The notes beneath the pieces are model-generated. The model was not told the DNA's origin, searched no databases, and was given only the letters and a program-made list of their open reading frames with translations. A stretch of 64,000 bases of DNA from Octopus sinensis (lineage: Eukaryota), in assembly GCF_006345805.1 (NCBI RefSeq), contig NC_043014.1, positions 5,394,001 to 5,458,000 on the forward strand. Reading direction: 5' to 3'. Position 1 is the stretch's first letter. Each line of letters begins with the position of its first letter. A program made the translations under genes and the position numbers. Of the stretch, positions 13,190 to 26,372 are shown in pieces.

Positions 13190-13360
13190 TCGTTGTGTTG
13201 GTTGTTGTTGACGTTGTTGTTGTTGTTGTTATTGTTGTTGTTGTTGCTATTGTTGTTGTTATTATTGTTGTTAATGTTGTTGTTGTCCAGCCCTCACGAA
13301 AGCCTAATCGAACAGGTCTATGATCTAAGACATCCAGTCGTGACCAACCCATCTTTTATT
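13190..13360 (-). mobile_element. 3' end of a SINE with (AAC)n tail (appears as (GTT)n at 13190-13285)
   Basis: Minus strand ...gatgggttggtcacgactggatgtcttagatcatagacctgttcgattagg...ggctggacaacaacaac; family assignment from recall only. Confidence 0.45.
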
Positions 13361-13394
13361 CAGTGACGTTTATATAAAAATAACAGCCAAAAGA

Positions 13395-16300
13395 TTTGTT
13401 GGTTGGTTGGTTGTTGGCTGGTTTGTCGGTTGGTAACTGGTTGGCTGGTTTGTCGGTTGGTTGCTAGTTGTCTGGTTTGTCGGTTGGTTGTTGGTTGTTA
13501 GTTGGCTGGTTTGTCGGTTGATGGTGGATCGATTGGTCATGACAGGTTTGTTGGTTGGTTGCTGGTTGGCTGGTTGGTCGGTGGGTCACCTGGTTGGCTG
13601 GTTTGTCGGTTGGTTGCTGGTTGGCTGTTTGGTCGGTGGGTCACCTGGTTGGCTGGTTTGTCGGTTGGTTGCTGGTTGGCTGTTTGGTCGGTGGGTCACC
13701 TGGTTGGCTGGTTTGTCGGTTGGTTGCTGGTTGGCTGTTTGGTCGGTGGGTCACCTGGTTGGCTGGTTTGTCGGTTGGTTGCTGGTTGGCTGTTTGGTCG
13801 GTGGGTCACCTGGTTGGCTGGTTTGTCGGTTGGTTGCTGGTTGGCTGTTTGGTCGGTGGGTCACCTGGTTGGCTGGTTTGTCGGTTGGTTGCTGGTTGGC
13901 TGTTTGGTCGGTGGGTCACCTGGTTGGCTGGTTTGTTGGTTGGTTGCTGGTTGGCTGGTTGGTCGGTGGGTCACCTGGTTGGCTGGTTTGTCGGTTGGTT
14001 GCTGGTTGGCTGTTTGGTCGGTGGGTCACCTGGTTGGCTGGTTTGTCGGTTGGTTGCTGGTTGGCTGTTTGGTCGGTGGGTCACCTGGTTGGCTGGTTTG
14101 TTGGTTGGTTGCTGGTTGGCTGGTTGGTCGGTGTGGTCACCTGGTTGGCTGGTTGTCGGTTGGTTGCTGGTTGGCTGTTTGGTCGGTGGGTCACCTGGTT
14201 GGCTGGTTTGTCGGTTGGTTGCTGGTTGGCTGTTTGGTCGGTGGGTCACCTGGTTGGCTGGTTTGGTTGGTTGCTGGTTGGCTGTTTGGTCGGTGGGTCA
14301 CCTGGTTGGCTGGTTTGTCGGTTGTTGCTGGTTGGCTGTTTGGTCGGTGGGTCACCTGGTTGGCTGGTTTGTCGGTTGGTTGCTGGTGGCTGTTTGGTCG
14401 GTGGGTCACCTGGTTGGCTGGTTTGTCGGTTGGTTGCTGGTTGGCTGTGGGTCGGTGGGTCACCTGGTTGGCTGGTTTGTCGGTCGGTTGCTGGTTGGCT
14501 GTTTGGTCGGTGGGTCACCTGGTTGGCTGGTTTGTTGGTTGGTTGCTGGTTGGCTGGTTGGTCGGTGGGTCACCTGGTTGGCTGGTTTGTCGGTTGGTTG
14601 CTGGTTGGCTGTTTGGTCGGTGGGTCACCTGGTTGGCTGGTTTGTCGGTTGGTTGCTGGTTGGCTGGTTGGTCGGTGGGTCACCAGGTTGGCTGGTTTGT
14701 CGGTTGGTTGCTGGTTGGCTGGTTGGTCGGTGGGTCACCTGGTTGGCTGGTTTGTCGGTTGGTTGTTGGTTGGCTGGTTGGTCGGTGGGTCACCTGGTTG
14801 GCTGGTTTGTCGGTTGGTTGCTGGTTGGCTGGTTGGTCGGTGGGTCACCTGGTTGGCTGGTTTGTCGGTTGGTTGCGGGCTGGCTGGTTGGTCGGTGGGT
14901 CACCTGGTTGGCTGGTTTGACGGTTGGTGGTGGATCGATTGGTCATGACTGGTTTGTTGGTTGGTTGCTGGTTGGCTGGTTGGTCGGTGGGTCACCAGGT
15001 TGGCTGGTTTGTCGGTTGGTTGCTGGTTGGCTGGTTGGTCGGTGGGTCACCTGGTTGGCTGGTTTGTCGGTTGGTTGCGGGCTGGCTGGTTGGTCGGTGG
15101 GTCACCTGGTTGGCTGGTTTGACGGTTGGTGGTGGATCGATTGGTCATGACTGGTTTGTTGGTTGGTTGCTGGTTGGCTGGTTGGTCGGTGGGTCACCAG
15201 GTTGGCTGGTTTGTCGGTTGTTTGCTGGCTGGCTGGTTGGTCGGTGGGTCACCTGGTTGGCTGGTTTGTCGGTTGGCTGCTGGTTGGCTGGTTGGTCTGT
15301 GGGTCACCTGGTTGGCTGGTTTGTCGGTTGTTTGCTGGCTGGATGGTTGGTCGGTGGGTCACCTAGTTGGCTGGTTTGTCGGTTGGTTGCTGGTTGGCTG
15401 GTTGGTCTGTGGGTCACCAGGTTGGCTGGTTTGTCGGTTGGTTGCGGGCTGGCTGGTTGGTCTGTGGGTCACCAGGTTGGCTGGTTTGTCGGTTGGTTGC
15501 TGGCTGGCTGGTTGGTCTGTGGGTCACCAGGTTGGCTGGTTTGTCGGTTGGTTGCTGGCGGGCTGGTTGGTCTGTGGGTCACCTAGTTGGCTGGTTTGTC
15601 GGTTGGTTGCTGGCTGGCTGGTTGGTCTGTGGGTCACCAGGTTGGCTGGTTTGTCGGTTGGTTGCGGGCTGGCTGGTTGGTCTGTGGGTCACCAGGTTGG
15701 CTGGTTTGTCGGTTGGTTGCTGGCTGGCTGGTTGGTCTGTGGGTCACCAGGTTGGCTGGTTTGTCGGTTGGTTGCGGGCTGGCTGGTTGGTCGGTGGGTC
15801 ACCTAGTTGGCTGGTTTGACGGTTGGTGGTGGATCGATTGGTCAAGACTGGTTTTTTGGTTGGTTGCTGGTTGGCTGGTTGGTCGGTGGGTCACCAGGTT
15901 GGCTGGTTTGTCGGTTGGTTGCTTGTTGGCTGGTTGGTCGGCGGGTCACATGGTTGGCTGGTTTGTCGGTTGGTTGCGGGCTGGCTGGTTGGTCGGTGGG
16001 ACACCTGGTTGGCTGGTTTGTTGGTTGGTTGCTGGTTGGCTGGTTGGTCGGTGGGTCACCTGGTTGGCTGGTTTGTCGGTTGGTTGCTGGTTGGCTGCTT
16101 GGTCGGTGGGTCACCTGGTTGGCTGGTTTGTCGGTTGGTGTTGGATCGATTTGACATGACTGGTTTGTTGGTTGGTTGCTGGTTGGCTGGTTGGTCGGTG
16201 GGTCACCAGGTTGGCTGGTTTGTTAGTTGGTTGCTGGTTGGCTGGTTGGTCGGTGGGTCACCAGGTTGGCTGGTTTGTCGGTTGGTTGCTGGCTGGCTGG

Positions 16301-19300
16301 TTGGTCGGTGGGTCACCTGGTTGGCTGGTTTGTCGGTTGGTTGCTGGTTGGCTGGATGGTCGGTGGGTCACCTGGTTGGCTGGTTTGTCGGTTGGTGGTG
16401 GATCGATTTGTCATGACTGGTTTGTTGGTTGTTTGCTGGCTGTCTGGTTGATCGGTGGGTCACCTGTTTGGCTGGTTTGTCGGTTGGTAGTGGATCGATT
16501 GTTCATGACTGGTTTGTTGGTTGGTTGCTGGTTGGCTGGTTGGTCGGTGGGTCACCTGGTTGGCTGGTTTGTCGGTTGGTTGCTGGTTGCTGGTTGGTCG
16601 GTGGGTCACCTGGTTGGCTGGTTTGTCGGATGGTAATGGATCGATTTGTCATGACTGGTTTGTTGGTTGGTTGCTGGCTGGCTGGTTGGTCGGTGGGTCA
16701 CCTGGTTGGCTGGTTTGTCGGTTGGTAGTGGATCGATTGTTCATGACTGGTTTGTTGGTTGGTTGCTGGTTGGCTGGTTGGTCGGTGGGTCACCTGGTTG
16801 GCTGGTTTGTCGGTGGGTGGTGGATCGATTTGTCATGACTGGTTTGTTGGCTGGTTGCTGGCTGGCTGGTTGGTCGGTGGGACACCTGGTTGGCTGGATG
16901 TCGGTTGGTAGTGGATCGGTTGGTCATGACTGGTCTGTTGGTTGGTTGCTGTTTGGCTGGTTGGTCGGTGGGTCACCAGGTTGGCTGGTTTGTCGGTTGG
17001 TGGTGGATCGATTTGTCATGACTGGTTTGATGGTTGGTTGCTGGCTGGCTGGTTGGTCGGTGGGTCACCTGTTTGGCTGGTATGTCGGTTGGTAGTGGAT
17101 CGATTGTTCATGACTGGTTTGTTGGTTGGTTGCTGGTTGGCTGATTGGTCGGTGGGTCACCTGGTTGGCTGGTTTGTCGGTTGGTTGCTGGTTGGCTGGT
17201 TGGTCGGTGGGTCACCTGGTTGGCTGGTTTGTCGGATGGTGGTGGATCGATTTGTCATGATTGGTTTGTTGGTTGGTTGCTGGCTGGCTGGTTGGTCGGT
17301 GGGTCACTTGGTTGGCTGGTTTGTCGGTTGGTAGTGGATCGATTGTTCATGACTGGTTTGTTGGTTGGTTGCTGGTTGGCTGGTTGGTCGGTGGGTCACC
17401 TGGTTGGCTGGTTTGTCGGTTGTTTGCTGGTTGGCTGGTTGGTCGGTGGGTCACCTGGTTGGCTGGTTTGTCGGTTGGTGGTGGATCGATTTGTGATGAC
17501 TGGTTTGTTGGCTGGTTGCTGGCTGGCTGGTTGGTCGGTGGGACACCTGGTTGGTTGGTTTGTCGGTTGGTAGTGGATCGGTTGGTCACGTCTGGTTTGT
17601 TGGTTGGTTGCTGGTTGGCTGGTTGGTCGGTGGGTCACCAGGTTGGCTGGTTTGTCGGTTGGTGGTGGATCGATTTGTCATGACTGGTTTTTTGGTTGGT
17701 TGCTGGCTAGCTGGTTGGTCGGTGGGTCACCTGTTTGGCTGGTATGTCGGTTGGTAGTGGATCGATTGTTCATGACTGGTTTGTTGGTTGGTTGCTGGTT
17801 GGCTGATTGGTCAGTGGGTCGCCTGGTTGGCTGGTTTGTCGGTTGGTTGCTGGTTGGCTGGTTGGTCGGTGGGTCACCTGGTTGGCTGCTTTGTCGGATG
17901 GTGGTGGATCGATTTGTCATGACTGGTTTGTTGGTTGGTTGCTGGCTGGCTGGTTGGTCGGTGGGTCACCTGGGTTGGCTGGTTGTTGTCTGTTGGTAGT
18001 GGATCGATTGTTCATGACTGGTTTGTGGGTGGTCGCTGGTTGGCTGGTTTGGTGGGTGGGGGTCACCTGGTTGGCTGTTGTCGGTTGGTTGCTGGTTGGC
18101 TGGTTGGTCAGTGGGTCACCTGGTTGGCTGGTTTGTCGGATGGTGGTGGATCGATTTGTCATGACTGGTTTGTTGGTTGGTTGCTGGCTGGCTGGTTGGT
18201 CGGTGGGTCACCTGGTTGGCTGGTTTGTCGGTTGGTAGTGGATCGATTGTTCATGACTGGTTTGTTGGTTGGTTGCTGGTTGGCTGGTTTGGTCGGTGGG
18301 TCACCTGGTTGGCTGGTTTGTCGGTTGGTTGCTGGTTGGCTGGTTGGTCGGTGGGTCACCTGGTTGGCTGGTTTGTCGGATGGTGGTGGATCGATTTGTC
18401 ATGACTGGTTTGTTGGTTGGTTGCTGGCTGGCTGGTTGGTCGGTGGGTCACCTGGTTGGCTGGTTTGTCGGTTGGTAGTGGATCGATTGTTCATGACTGG
18501 TTTGTTGGTTGGTTGCTGGTTGGCTGGTTGGTCGGTGGGTCACCTGGTTGGCTGGTTTGTCGGTTGGTTGTTGGTTGGCTGGTTTGTCGGTTGGTAACTG
18601 GTTGGCTGGTTTGTCGGTTGGTTGCTAGTTGGCTGGTTTGTCGGTTGGTTGTTGGTTGGCTGGTTGGTCGGTGGGTCACCTGGTTGGCTGGTTTGTCGGT
18701 TGGTTGCCGGTTGGCTGGTTGGTCGGTGGGTCACCTTGTTGGCTGGTTTGTCGGTTGGTGGTGGATCGATTGGTCATGACTGGTTTGTTGGTTGGTTGCT
18801 GGTTGGCTGGTTGGTCGGTGGGTCACCAGGTTGGCTGGTTTGTCGGTTGGTTGCTGGTTGGCTGGTTGGTCGGTGGGTCACCTGGTTGGCTGGTTAGTCG
18901 GTTGGTGGCGGGCTGGCTGGTTGGTAGGTGGGTCACCTGGTTGGTGGTTTGACGGTTGGGGTGGATCGATTGGTCATGACTGGTTTGTTGGTTGGTTGCT
19001 GGTTGGCTGGTTGGTCGGTCAGCAGGTCACCAGGTGGCATGGTTGTTGGTTTGTCGGTGGTGCTGGTTGGCTGGTGGGTCGGTGGGTCACCTGGTTGGCT
19101 GGTGTCGGTTGGTTTGCTGGTTGGCTGGTTGGTCGGTGGGTCACCGGTTTGGGGTTTGACGGTTGGTGGTGGATCGATTGGTCATGACTGGTTTGTTGGT
19201 TGTTGCTGGTGGCTGGTTGGTCGGGTGGGTCACCAGGTTGGCTGGTTTTTGTCGGTGGTTTGCTGGCTGGCTGGTTGGTCGGTGGCTCACCTAGTTGGCT

Positions 19301-22300
19301 GTTTGTCGGTTGTGATTGCTGGTGGCTGGTGGTCTGTGGGTCACCTGGTTGGCTGGTTTATCGGTTGTTTGCTGGCTGGCTGGTTGGTCGTTGGGTCACC
19401 TAGTTGGCTGGTTTGTCGGTTGGTTGCGGGCTGGTTGGTTGGTCGGTGGGTTGGCTGGTTTGACGGTTGGTGGTGGATCGATTGGTCATGACTGGTTTGT
19501 TGGTTGGTTGCTGGCTGGCTGGTTGGTCGGTGGGTCACCTGGTTGGCTGGTTTGTCGGTTGGTAGTGGATCGATTGTTCATGACTGGTTTGTTGGTTGGT
19601 TGCTTGTTGGCTGGTTGGTCGGTGGGTCACCTGGTTGGCTGGTTTGTCGGTTGGTTGCTGGTTGGCTGGTTGGTCGGTGGGTCACCTGGTTGGCTGGTTT
19701 GTCGGTTGGTGGTGGATCGATTTGTCATGAGTGTTTTGTTGCCTGGTTGCTGGCTGGCTAGTTGGTCGGTGTGACACCTGGTTGGCTGGTTTGTCGGTTG
19801 GTAGTGGATCGGTTGGTCATGACTGGTTTGTTGGTTGGTTGCTGGTTGGCTGGTTGGTCGGTGGGTCACCAGGTTGGCTGGTTTGTCGGTTGGTGGTGGA
19901 TCGATTTGTCATGACTGGTTTGTTGGTTGGTTGCTGGCTGGCTGGTTGGTCGGTGGGTCACCTGTTTGGCTGGTATGTCGGTTGGTAGTGGATCCATTGT
20001 TCATGACTGTTTGTGTTGGTTGCTGGTTGGCTGATGGTCGGGGGGTCACCTGGTTGGCTGGTTGTCGGTTGGTTGCTGGGTGGCTGGTTGGTCGGTGGGT
20101 CACTGGTTGGCTGGTTTTGTCGGATGGTGGTGGTGGATCGATTTGTCATGACTGGTTTGTTGGTTGGTTGCTGGCTGGCTGGTTGGTCGGTGGGTCACCT
20201 GGTTGGCTGGTTTGTCGGTTGGAGTGGATCGATTGTTCATGACTGTGTTGGTTGGTTGCTGGTTGGCTGGTTGGCGGTGGGTCACCTGGTTGGCTGGTTT
20301 GTCGGTTGGGTTGCTGGTGGCTGGTTGGTCGGGGGGTGGGTCACCTGGTTGGCTGGTTTGTCGGTTGGTGGTGGATCGATTTGTCATGACTGGTTTGTTG
20401 GCTGGTTGCTGACTGGCTGGTTGGTCGGTGGGACACCTGGTTGGCTGGTTTGTCGGTTGGTAGTGGATCGGTTGGTCATGACTGTTTTGTTGGTTGGTTG
20501 CTGGTTGGCTGGTTGGTCGGTTGGTCACCAGGTTGGTTGGTTGCTGGTTGGCTGATTGGTCGGTGGGTCACCTGGTTGGCTGGTTTGTCGGTTGGTTGCT
20601 GGTTGGCTGGTTGGTCGGTGGGTCACCTGGTTGGCTGGTTTGTCGGATGGTGGTGGATCGATTTGTCATGACTGGTTTGTTGGTTGGTTGCTGGCTGGCT
20701 GGTTGGTCGGTGGGTCACCTGGTTGGCTGGTTTGTCGGTTGGTAGTGGATCGATTGTTCATGACTGGTTTGTTGGTTGGTTGCTGGTTGGCTGGTTGGTC
20801 GGTGGGTCACCTGGTTGGCTGGTTTGTCGGTTGGTTGCTGGTTGGCTGGTTGGTCGGTCGGTCACCTGGTTGGCTGGTTTGTCGGTTGGTGGTGGATCGA
20901 TTTGTCATGACTGGTTTGTTGCCTGGTTGCTGTCCGGCTGGTTGCTCGGTGGGACACCTGGTTGGCTGGTTTGTCGGTTGGTAGTGGATCGGTTGGTCAT
21001 GACTGGTTTGTTGGTTGGTTGCTGGTTGGCTGGTTGGTCGGTGGGTCACCAGGTTGGCTGGTTTGTCGGTTGGTGGTGGATCGATTAGTCATGACTGGTT
21101 TGTTTGTTGGTTGCTGGCTGGCTGGTTGGTCGGTGGGTCACCTGTTTGGCTGGTATGTCGGTTGGTAGTGGATCGATTGTTCATGACTGGTTTCTTGGTT
21201 GGTTGCTGGTTGGCTGATTGGTCGGTGGGTCACCTGGTTGGCTGGTTTGTCGGTTGGTTGCTGGTTGGCTGGTTGGTCCGTGGGTCACCTGGTTGGCTGG
21301 TTTGACGGTTGGTGGTGGATCGATTGGTCATGACTGGTTTGTTGGTTGGTTGCTGGTTGGCTGGTTGGTCGGTGGGTCACCAGGTTGGCTGGTTTGTCGG
21401 TGGTTTGCTGGCTGGCTGGTTGGTCGGTGGGTCACCTAGTTGGCTGGTTTGTCGGTTGATTGCTGGTTGGCTGGTTGGTCTGTGGGTCACCTGGTTGGCT
21501 GGTTTGTCGGTTGTTTGCTGGCTGGCTGGTTGGTCGGTGGGTCACCTAGTTGGCTGGTTTGTCGGTTGGTTGCTGGTTGGCTGGTTGATCTGTCGGTCAA
21601 CAGGTTGGCTGGTTTGTCGGTTGGTTGCGGGCTGGCTGGTTGGTCGGTGGGTCACCTGGTTGGTTGGTTTGACGGTTGGTGGTGGATCGATTGGTCATGA
21701 CTGGTTTGTTGGTTGGTTGCTGGTTGGCTGGTTGGTCGGTGGGTCACCAGGTTGGCTGGTTTGTCGGTTGGTTGCTGGTTGGCTGGTTGGTCGGCGGGTC
21801 ACATGGTTGGCTGGTTTGTCGGTTGGTTGCGGGCTGGCTGGTTGGTCGGTGGGCACCTGGTTGGCTGGTTTGCCGGTTGGTTGCTGGTTGGCTGGTTGGT
21901 CGGTGGGTCAGCTGGTTGGCTGGTTTGTTGGTTGGTTGCTGGTTGGCTGGTTAGTCGGTGGGTCACCTGGTTGGCTGCTTTGTCGGTTGGTTGCTGGTTG
22001 GCTGGTTGGTCGGTGGGTCACCTGGTTGGCTGGTTTGTCGGTTGGTGGTGGATCGATTTGTCATGAGTGGTTTGTTGGCTGGTTGCTGGCTGGCCGGTTG
22101 GTCGGTGGGTCACCTGTTTGGCTGGTATGTCGGTTGATAGTGGATCGATTGTTCATGACTGGTTTGTTGGTTGGTTGCTGGTTGGCTGATTGTTCGGTGG
22201 GTCACCTGGTTGGCTGGATTGTCGGTTGGTTGCTGGTTGGCTGGTTGGTCAGTGGGTCACCTGGTTGGCTGGTTTGTCGGATGCTGGTGGATCGATTTGT

Positions 22301-23831
22301 CATGACTGGTTTGTTGGTTGGTTGCTGGCTGGCTGGTTGGTCGGTGGGTCACCGGTTGCTGGTGGCGGTTGGTTGGTGGTAGGGATCGATTGTTCATGAC
22401 TGGTTGTTGGTTGGTTGCTGTTGGCTGGTTTGGTCGGTGGGTCACCTGGTTGGCAGTTTGTCGGTGGTTGCTGGTTGGCTGGTGGTCGGTGGGTCACCTG
22501 GTTGGCTGGTTGTCGGTGTGGTGGGGATCGATTTGTCATGACTGGTTTGTTGCCTGGTTGCTGGCTGGCTGGTTGGTCGGTGGGACACCTGGTTGGCTGG
22601 TTTGTCGGTTGGTAGTGGATCGGTTGGTCATGACTGGTTTGTTGGTTGGTTGCTGGTTGGCTGGTTGGTCGGTGGGTCACCAGGTTGGCTGGTTTGTCGG
22701 TTGGTGGTGGATCGATTTGTCATGACTGGTTTGTTGGTTGGTTGCTGGCTGGCTGGTTGGTCGGTGGGTCACCTGTTTGGCTGGTATGTCGGTTGGTAGT
22801 GGATCGATTGTTCATGACTGGTTTGTTGGTTGGTTGCTGGTTGGCTGATTGGTCGGTGGGTCACCTGGTTGGCTGGTTTGTCGGTTGGTTGCTTGTTGGC
22901 TGGTTGGTCGGTGGGTCACCTGGTTGGCTGGTTTGTCGGATGGTGGTGGATCGATTTGTAATGACTGGTTTGTTGGTTGGTGCTGGCTGGCTGGTGGGTC
23001 GGTGGGTCACCTGGTTGGCTGGTGTCGGTGTGGTAGTGGATCGATTGTTTAATGACTGGGTTGTTGGTTGGTGCTGGTTGGCTGGTTGGTCGGTGGGTCA
23101 CCGTTGGCTGGTTTGTCGGTTGGTTGCTGGTTGGCTGGTTGGTCGGTGGGTCACCTGGTTGGCTGGTTTGTCGGTGGTGGTGGATGGATCGATTGTCATG
23201 ACTGGTTTGTTGCCTGGTTGCTGCTGGCTGGTTGTCTTGGGACACCTGGTTGGCTGGTTTGTCGGTTGGTAGTGGATCGGTTGGTCATGACTGGTTTGTT
23301 GGTTGGTTGCTGGTTGGCTGGTTGGTCGGTGGGTCACCAGGTTGGCTGGTTTGTCGGGTTGGTGGTGGATCGATTTGTCATGACTGGTTTTGTTGGGGTT
23401 GCTGGTGGCTGGTTGGTCGGTGGGTCACCTGTTGGCTGTATGTCGGTTGGTAGTGGATCGATTGTTCATGACTGATTTGTTGGTTGGTTGCTGGTTGGCT
23501 GATTGGTCGGTGGGTCACCTGGTTGGCTGGTTTGTCGGTTGGTTGCTGGTTGGCTGGTTGGTCGGTGGGTCACCTGGTTGGCTGGTTTGTCGGTTGGTGG
23601 TGGATCGATTTGTCATGACTGGTTTGTTGGCTGGTTGCTGGCTGGCTGGTTGGTCGGTGGGACACCTGGTTGGCTGGTTTTTCGGTTGGTAGTGGATCGG
23701 TTGGTCATGACTGGTTTGTTGGTTAGTTGCTGGTTTGCTGGTTGGTCGGTGGGTCACCAGGTTGGCTGGTATGTCGGTTGGTGTGGATCGATTGTTCATG
23801 AATGGTTTGTTGGTTTGGTGCTGGTTGGCTG
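13395..23831. repeat. ~10.4-kb G/T-rich satellite: 55-bp monomer, 92-bp derivative and ~662-bp higher-order repeat
   Basis: Monomer ggtcggtgggtcacctggttggctggtttgtcggttggttgctggttggctg(g/t)tt with period 55; GATC-containing 37-bp insert recurring every 92/147 bp; diagnostic variants recur 661-662 bp apart (17081 to 17743; 16881 to 17542). Confidence 0.95.
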
Positions 23832-23931
23832 NNNNNNNNNNNNNNNNNNNNNNNNNNNNNNNNNNNNNNNNNNNNNNNNNNNNNNNNNNNNNNNNNNNNN
23901 NNNNNNNNNNNNNNNNNNNNNNNNNNNNNNN
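23832..23931. other. Assembly gap (100 N)
   Basis: Run of N. Confidence 1.
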
Positions 23932-24520
23932 GCAAGTCTATTACGTAAACTATTTTTTTAAAATGTATTTTAACTTCCGTGCTCGTTTGTTCATCTGAAG
24001 GCACCTTCACATCCGAACGAACATTAGCGAGCAAGTATAAATTCAAAATCAAATAAGTTATCATTTATCTTTAAAAAATAATGATAAAATGGCCAACGAA
24101 CATAATCCAAATATGAAAAATATATATAAAAAGTCAGTGTACAGTAAGTAAATATTTGCTAGAAAGAAGAATGAAATTGCAAAACCACGTATCTCTCAAT
24201 ATATGTAAACACGCACGAAGAATGGTGCAAATACATTCAGAATTTTCAATTTATGTTTGTTCGACATTGTTTGATTGCGGAAGTCGCGGGTCTTCAATTG
24301 AAAAAAGGTACACGGAAAAGGTAAATATATTTTTAAAAGTTGGCTACGTAGAAAGCGAAATGATGATTGATTCTGGGATATCTACCCACCTGTTTGTAGA
24401 TTACAAACTGGAAGAATAATTTTCTAAATGCATTTGCTACATTCACCGTGCGTGTTTAAATCTAAACATTGATGAATTTTCTGAAAATCTATTTCTATGA
24501 TGTATTTTATTTTTTCACAG

Positions 24521-24571
24521 AACCATTTCCATTACCAGAAATGTCTTGATGACAAAGATGTTCACACGCAA
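24521..24571 (+). CDS. Paralog 2, exon 2 (51 nt, one base shorter than paralogs; NHFHYQKCLDDKDVHTQ)
   Basis: CAG/GTAAGA sites; homologous to the other exon 2 copies. Exon 1 is not visible and would lie in or beyond the N gap. Confidence 0.55.
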
Positions 24572-25397
24572 GTAAGAACTAATTTTATATCGTGTTAAAA
24601 TAAAAACGTAAAAGAATATCCGTGGGTGATTAAATATTAAAAAATATTCAGTTTGTAATCTCATTTAGCTAAAAATTCATGTGAAATGTGTCTCCTCAAC
24701 TACTGGCTTCTCTTCTAATTTTTCGGGTTCCCTTCGTTTTCATTACTTACCCTATTCTGCCTCAACGATAATACACATCTTTAAGTTTGCATGCCGTAAA
24801 AATTAATTTGTAAATGAAAATGTAACCCTCTTATGCTATGATATTAACTATGTTTATATGAGTTTATATTCAGGACCACGTCAATAAATTGAAAGCAATT
24901 TTGTGCGACATGTTAGACTATAATCTGAAAAAAGTTTTATGTAAGAAATTTTTCATTTCAGATCTAATGTTAGTGTAAGCAATAAGAAATTGTTAGGGTT
25001 TACCCTGTGTGTAGAATGAAACAGAATCAATAAAACCATCCACTATATTGTTGTCGTCAGTAATTCTGCGAGTATGGTGGTTATAGAGAAATCATGCACC
25101 TGTCTTTGAGGGCCATTCCTGAGGGAAGCAATTGTTATTAAGATTTTCTAGCCTTTTATTTATTTTTCCTCGTGCTTTTATTGATGCTCCAACTTGATTT
25201 AATTATCTCAAAAATTTAGCTGAAGACTCGATCATCATTGCTAAAAAAACCGCATTGAATTCGACTGAGAAGTGAATTAGTGATGAATCATGCAAATCTT
25301 TACCAGTAACTAAAAGTATACATTCACCCCCAGGCGTGGGGGACTATTTCTCGGAATCAGCTTTACGTTCATAGAAAAAAGAATTTTCAAACCCTTA

Positions 25398-25465
25398 GTT
25401 TGTTTGTTTGTTTGTTTGTTTCTTAATTTCTTTCCTTCTTTTTTTCTTTCTTTTTTTCTTTTTTT

Positions 25466-25513
<48 letters not shown>

Positions 25514-25572
25514 TTTCTTTCTTTCTTTTTCTTTCTTTCTTTCTTTCTTTCTTTCTTTCCTTCTGCCTTGTT

Positions 25573-25620
<48 letters not shown>

Positions 25621-26372
25621 TCGTAACTCATTAAATCCTCTGTCCTACATAACCTTCGTTTTTTCGTTCGTTCCTTTCTTCCTCCGAGTCCTCTTTCCTT
25701 CCTTCGTCCTTCATTCATCATTTCTTCCTTCCTTCCTTCCTTCCTTCCTTCCTTTCTTTCTATCTGTCTTTCTATATTTCTTTCTTTTTTTCTACATTTC
25801 TTTCTTTCCTTCTTTCTTTCTTTTTGTCTTTGTTTCTTCCTTACTTCATTCTTTCCTTCCTTCCTTCCTTATCTCCTTGTTTCTTTCCTTCCTTTCTTCC
25901 TTTCTTTTTTCCTTCCTCCCTTCCTTCCTTCATTATTTCCTTCCTTCGCTCCTTCCTTCCTTCGTTCCTTCGTTCCCTCCTTCCTTCCTTCCTTCCTTCC
26001 TTCCCTCCTTCCTTCCTTCTTCTTTCATTCTTTCCTTCCTTCATTCCTTCCCTCCTTCCTTCCTTCCTTCATTCTTGCCTTCCTTCCTTCCCTCCTTCCT
26101 TCATTCTTTCCTTCCTTCCTTCCTTCCGTCTTTCCTTCCTTCCTTCCTTCCTTCTTCCTTCCTTCCTTCCTTCCACACCTTCCTTCCTTCCTTCCTTCCC
26201 TCCTTCCTTCCTTCCTTCCTTCCTTCATTCCTCCCTTCCTTCCTCCCTTCCTTCCTTCCTTCCTTCCGTCCTTCCTTCCTTCCTTCCTTCCTTCATTCAT
26301 TCCTTCCTTCCTTCCTCCCTTCCTCCCTTCCTTCCTTCCTTCTTTCCTTCCTTCTTTCCTTCCTTCCCATCT
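25398..26372. repeat. (TTTG)/(TTTC)/(CCTT)n polypyrimidine tract, intron 2 of paralog 2
   Basis: Directly visible. Confidence 0.95.

Noticed and set aside
13461-23830. Long W/G/L/V-rich ORFs (up to 531 aa) in all three frames
   Set aside because: Produced by an A-poor 55-bp satellite with few stop codons; the same peptide cycles through all frames because 55 is not a multiple of 3.
13395-23831. CRISPR-like repeat/spacer array
   Set aside because: No unique spacers, no cas genes, eukaryotic context.
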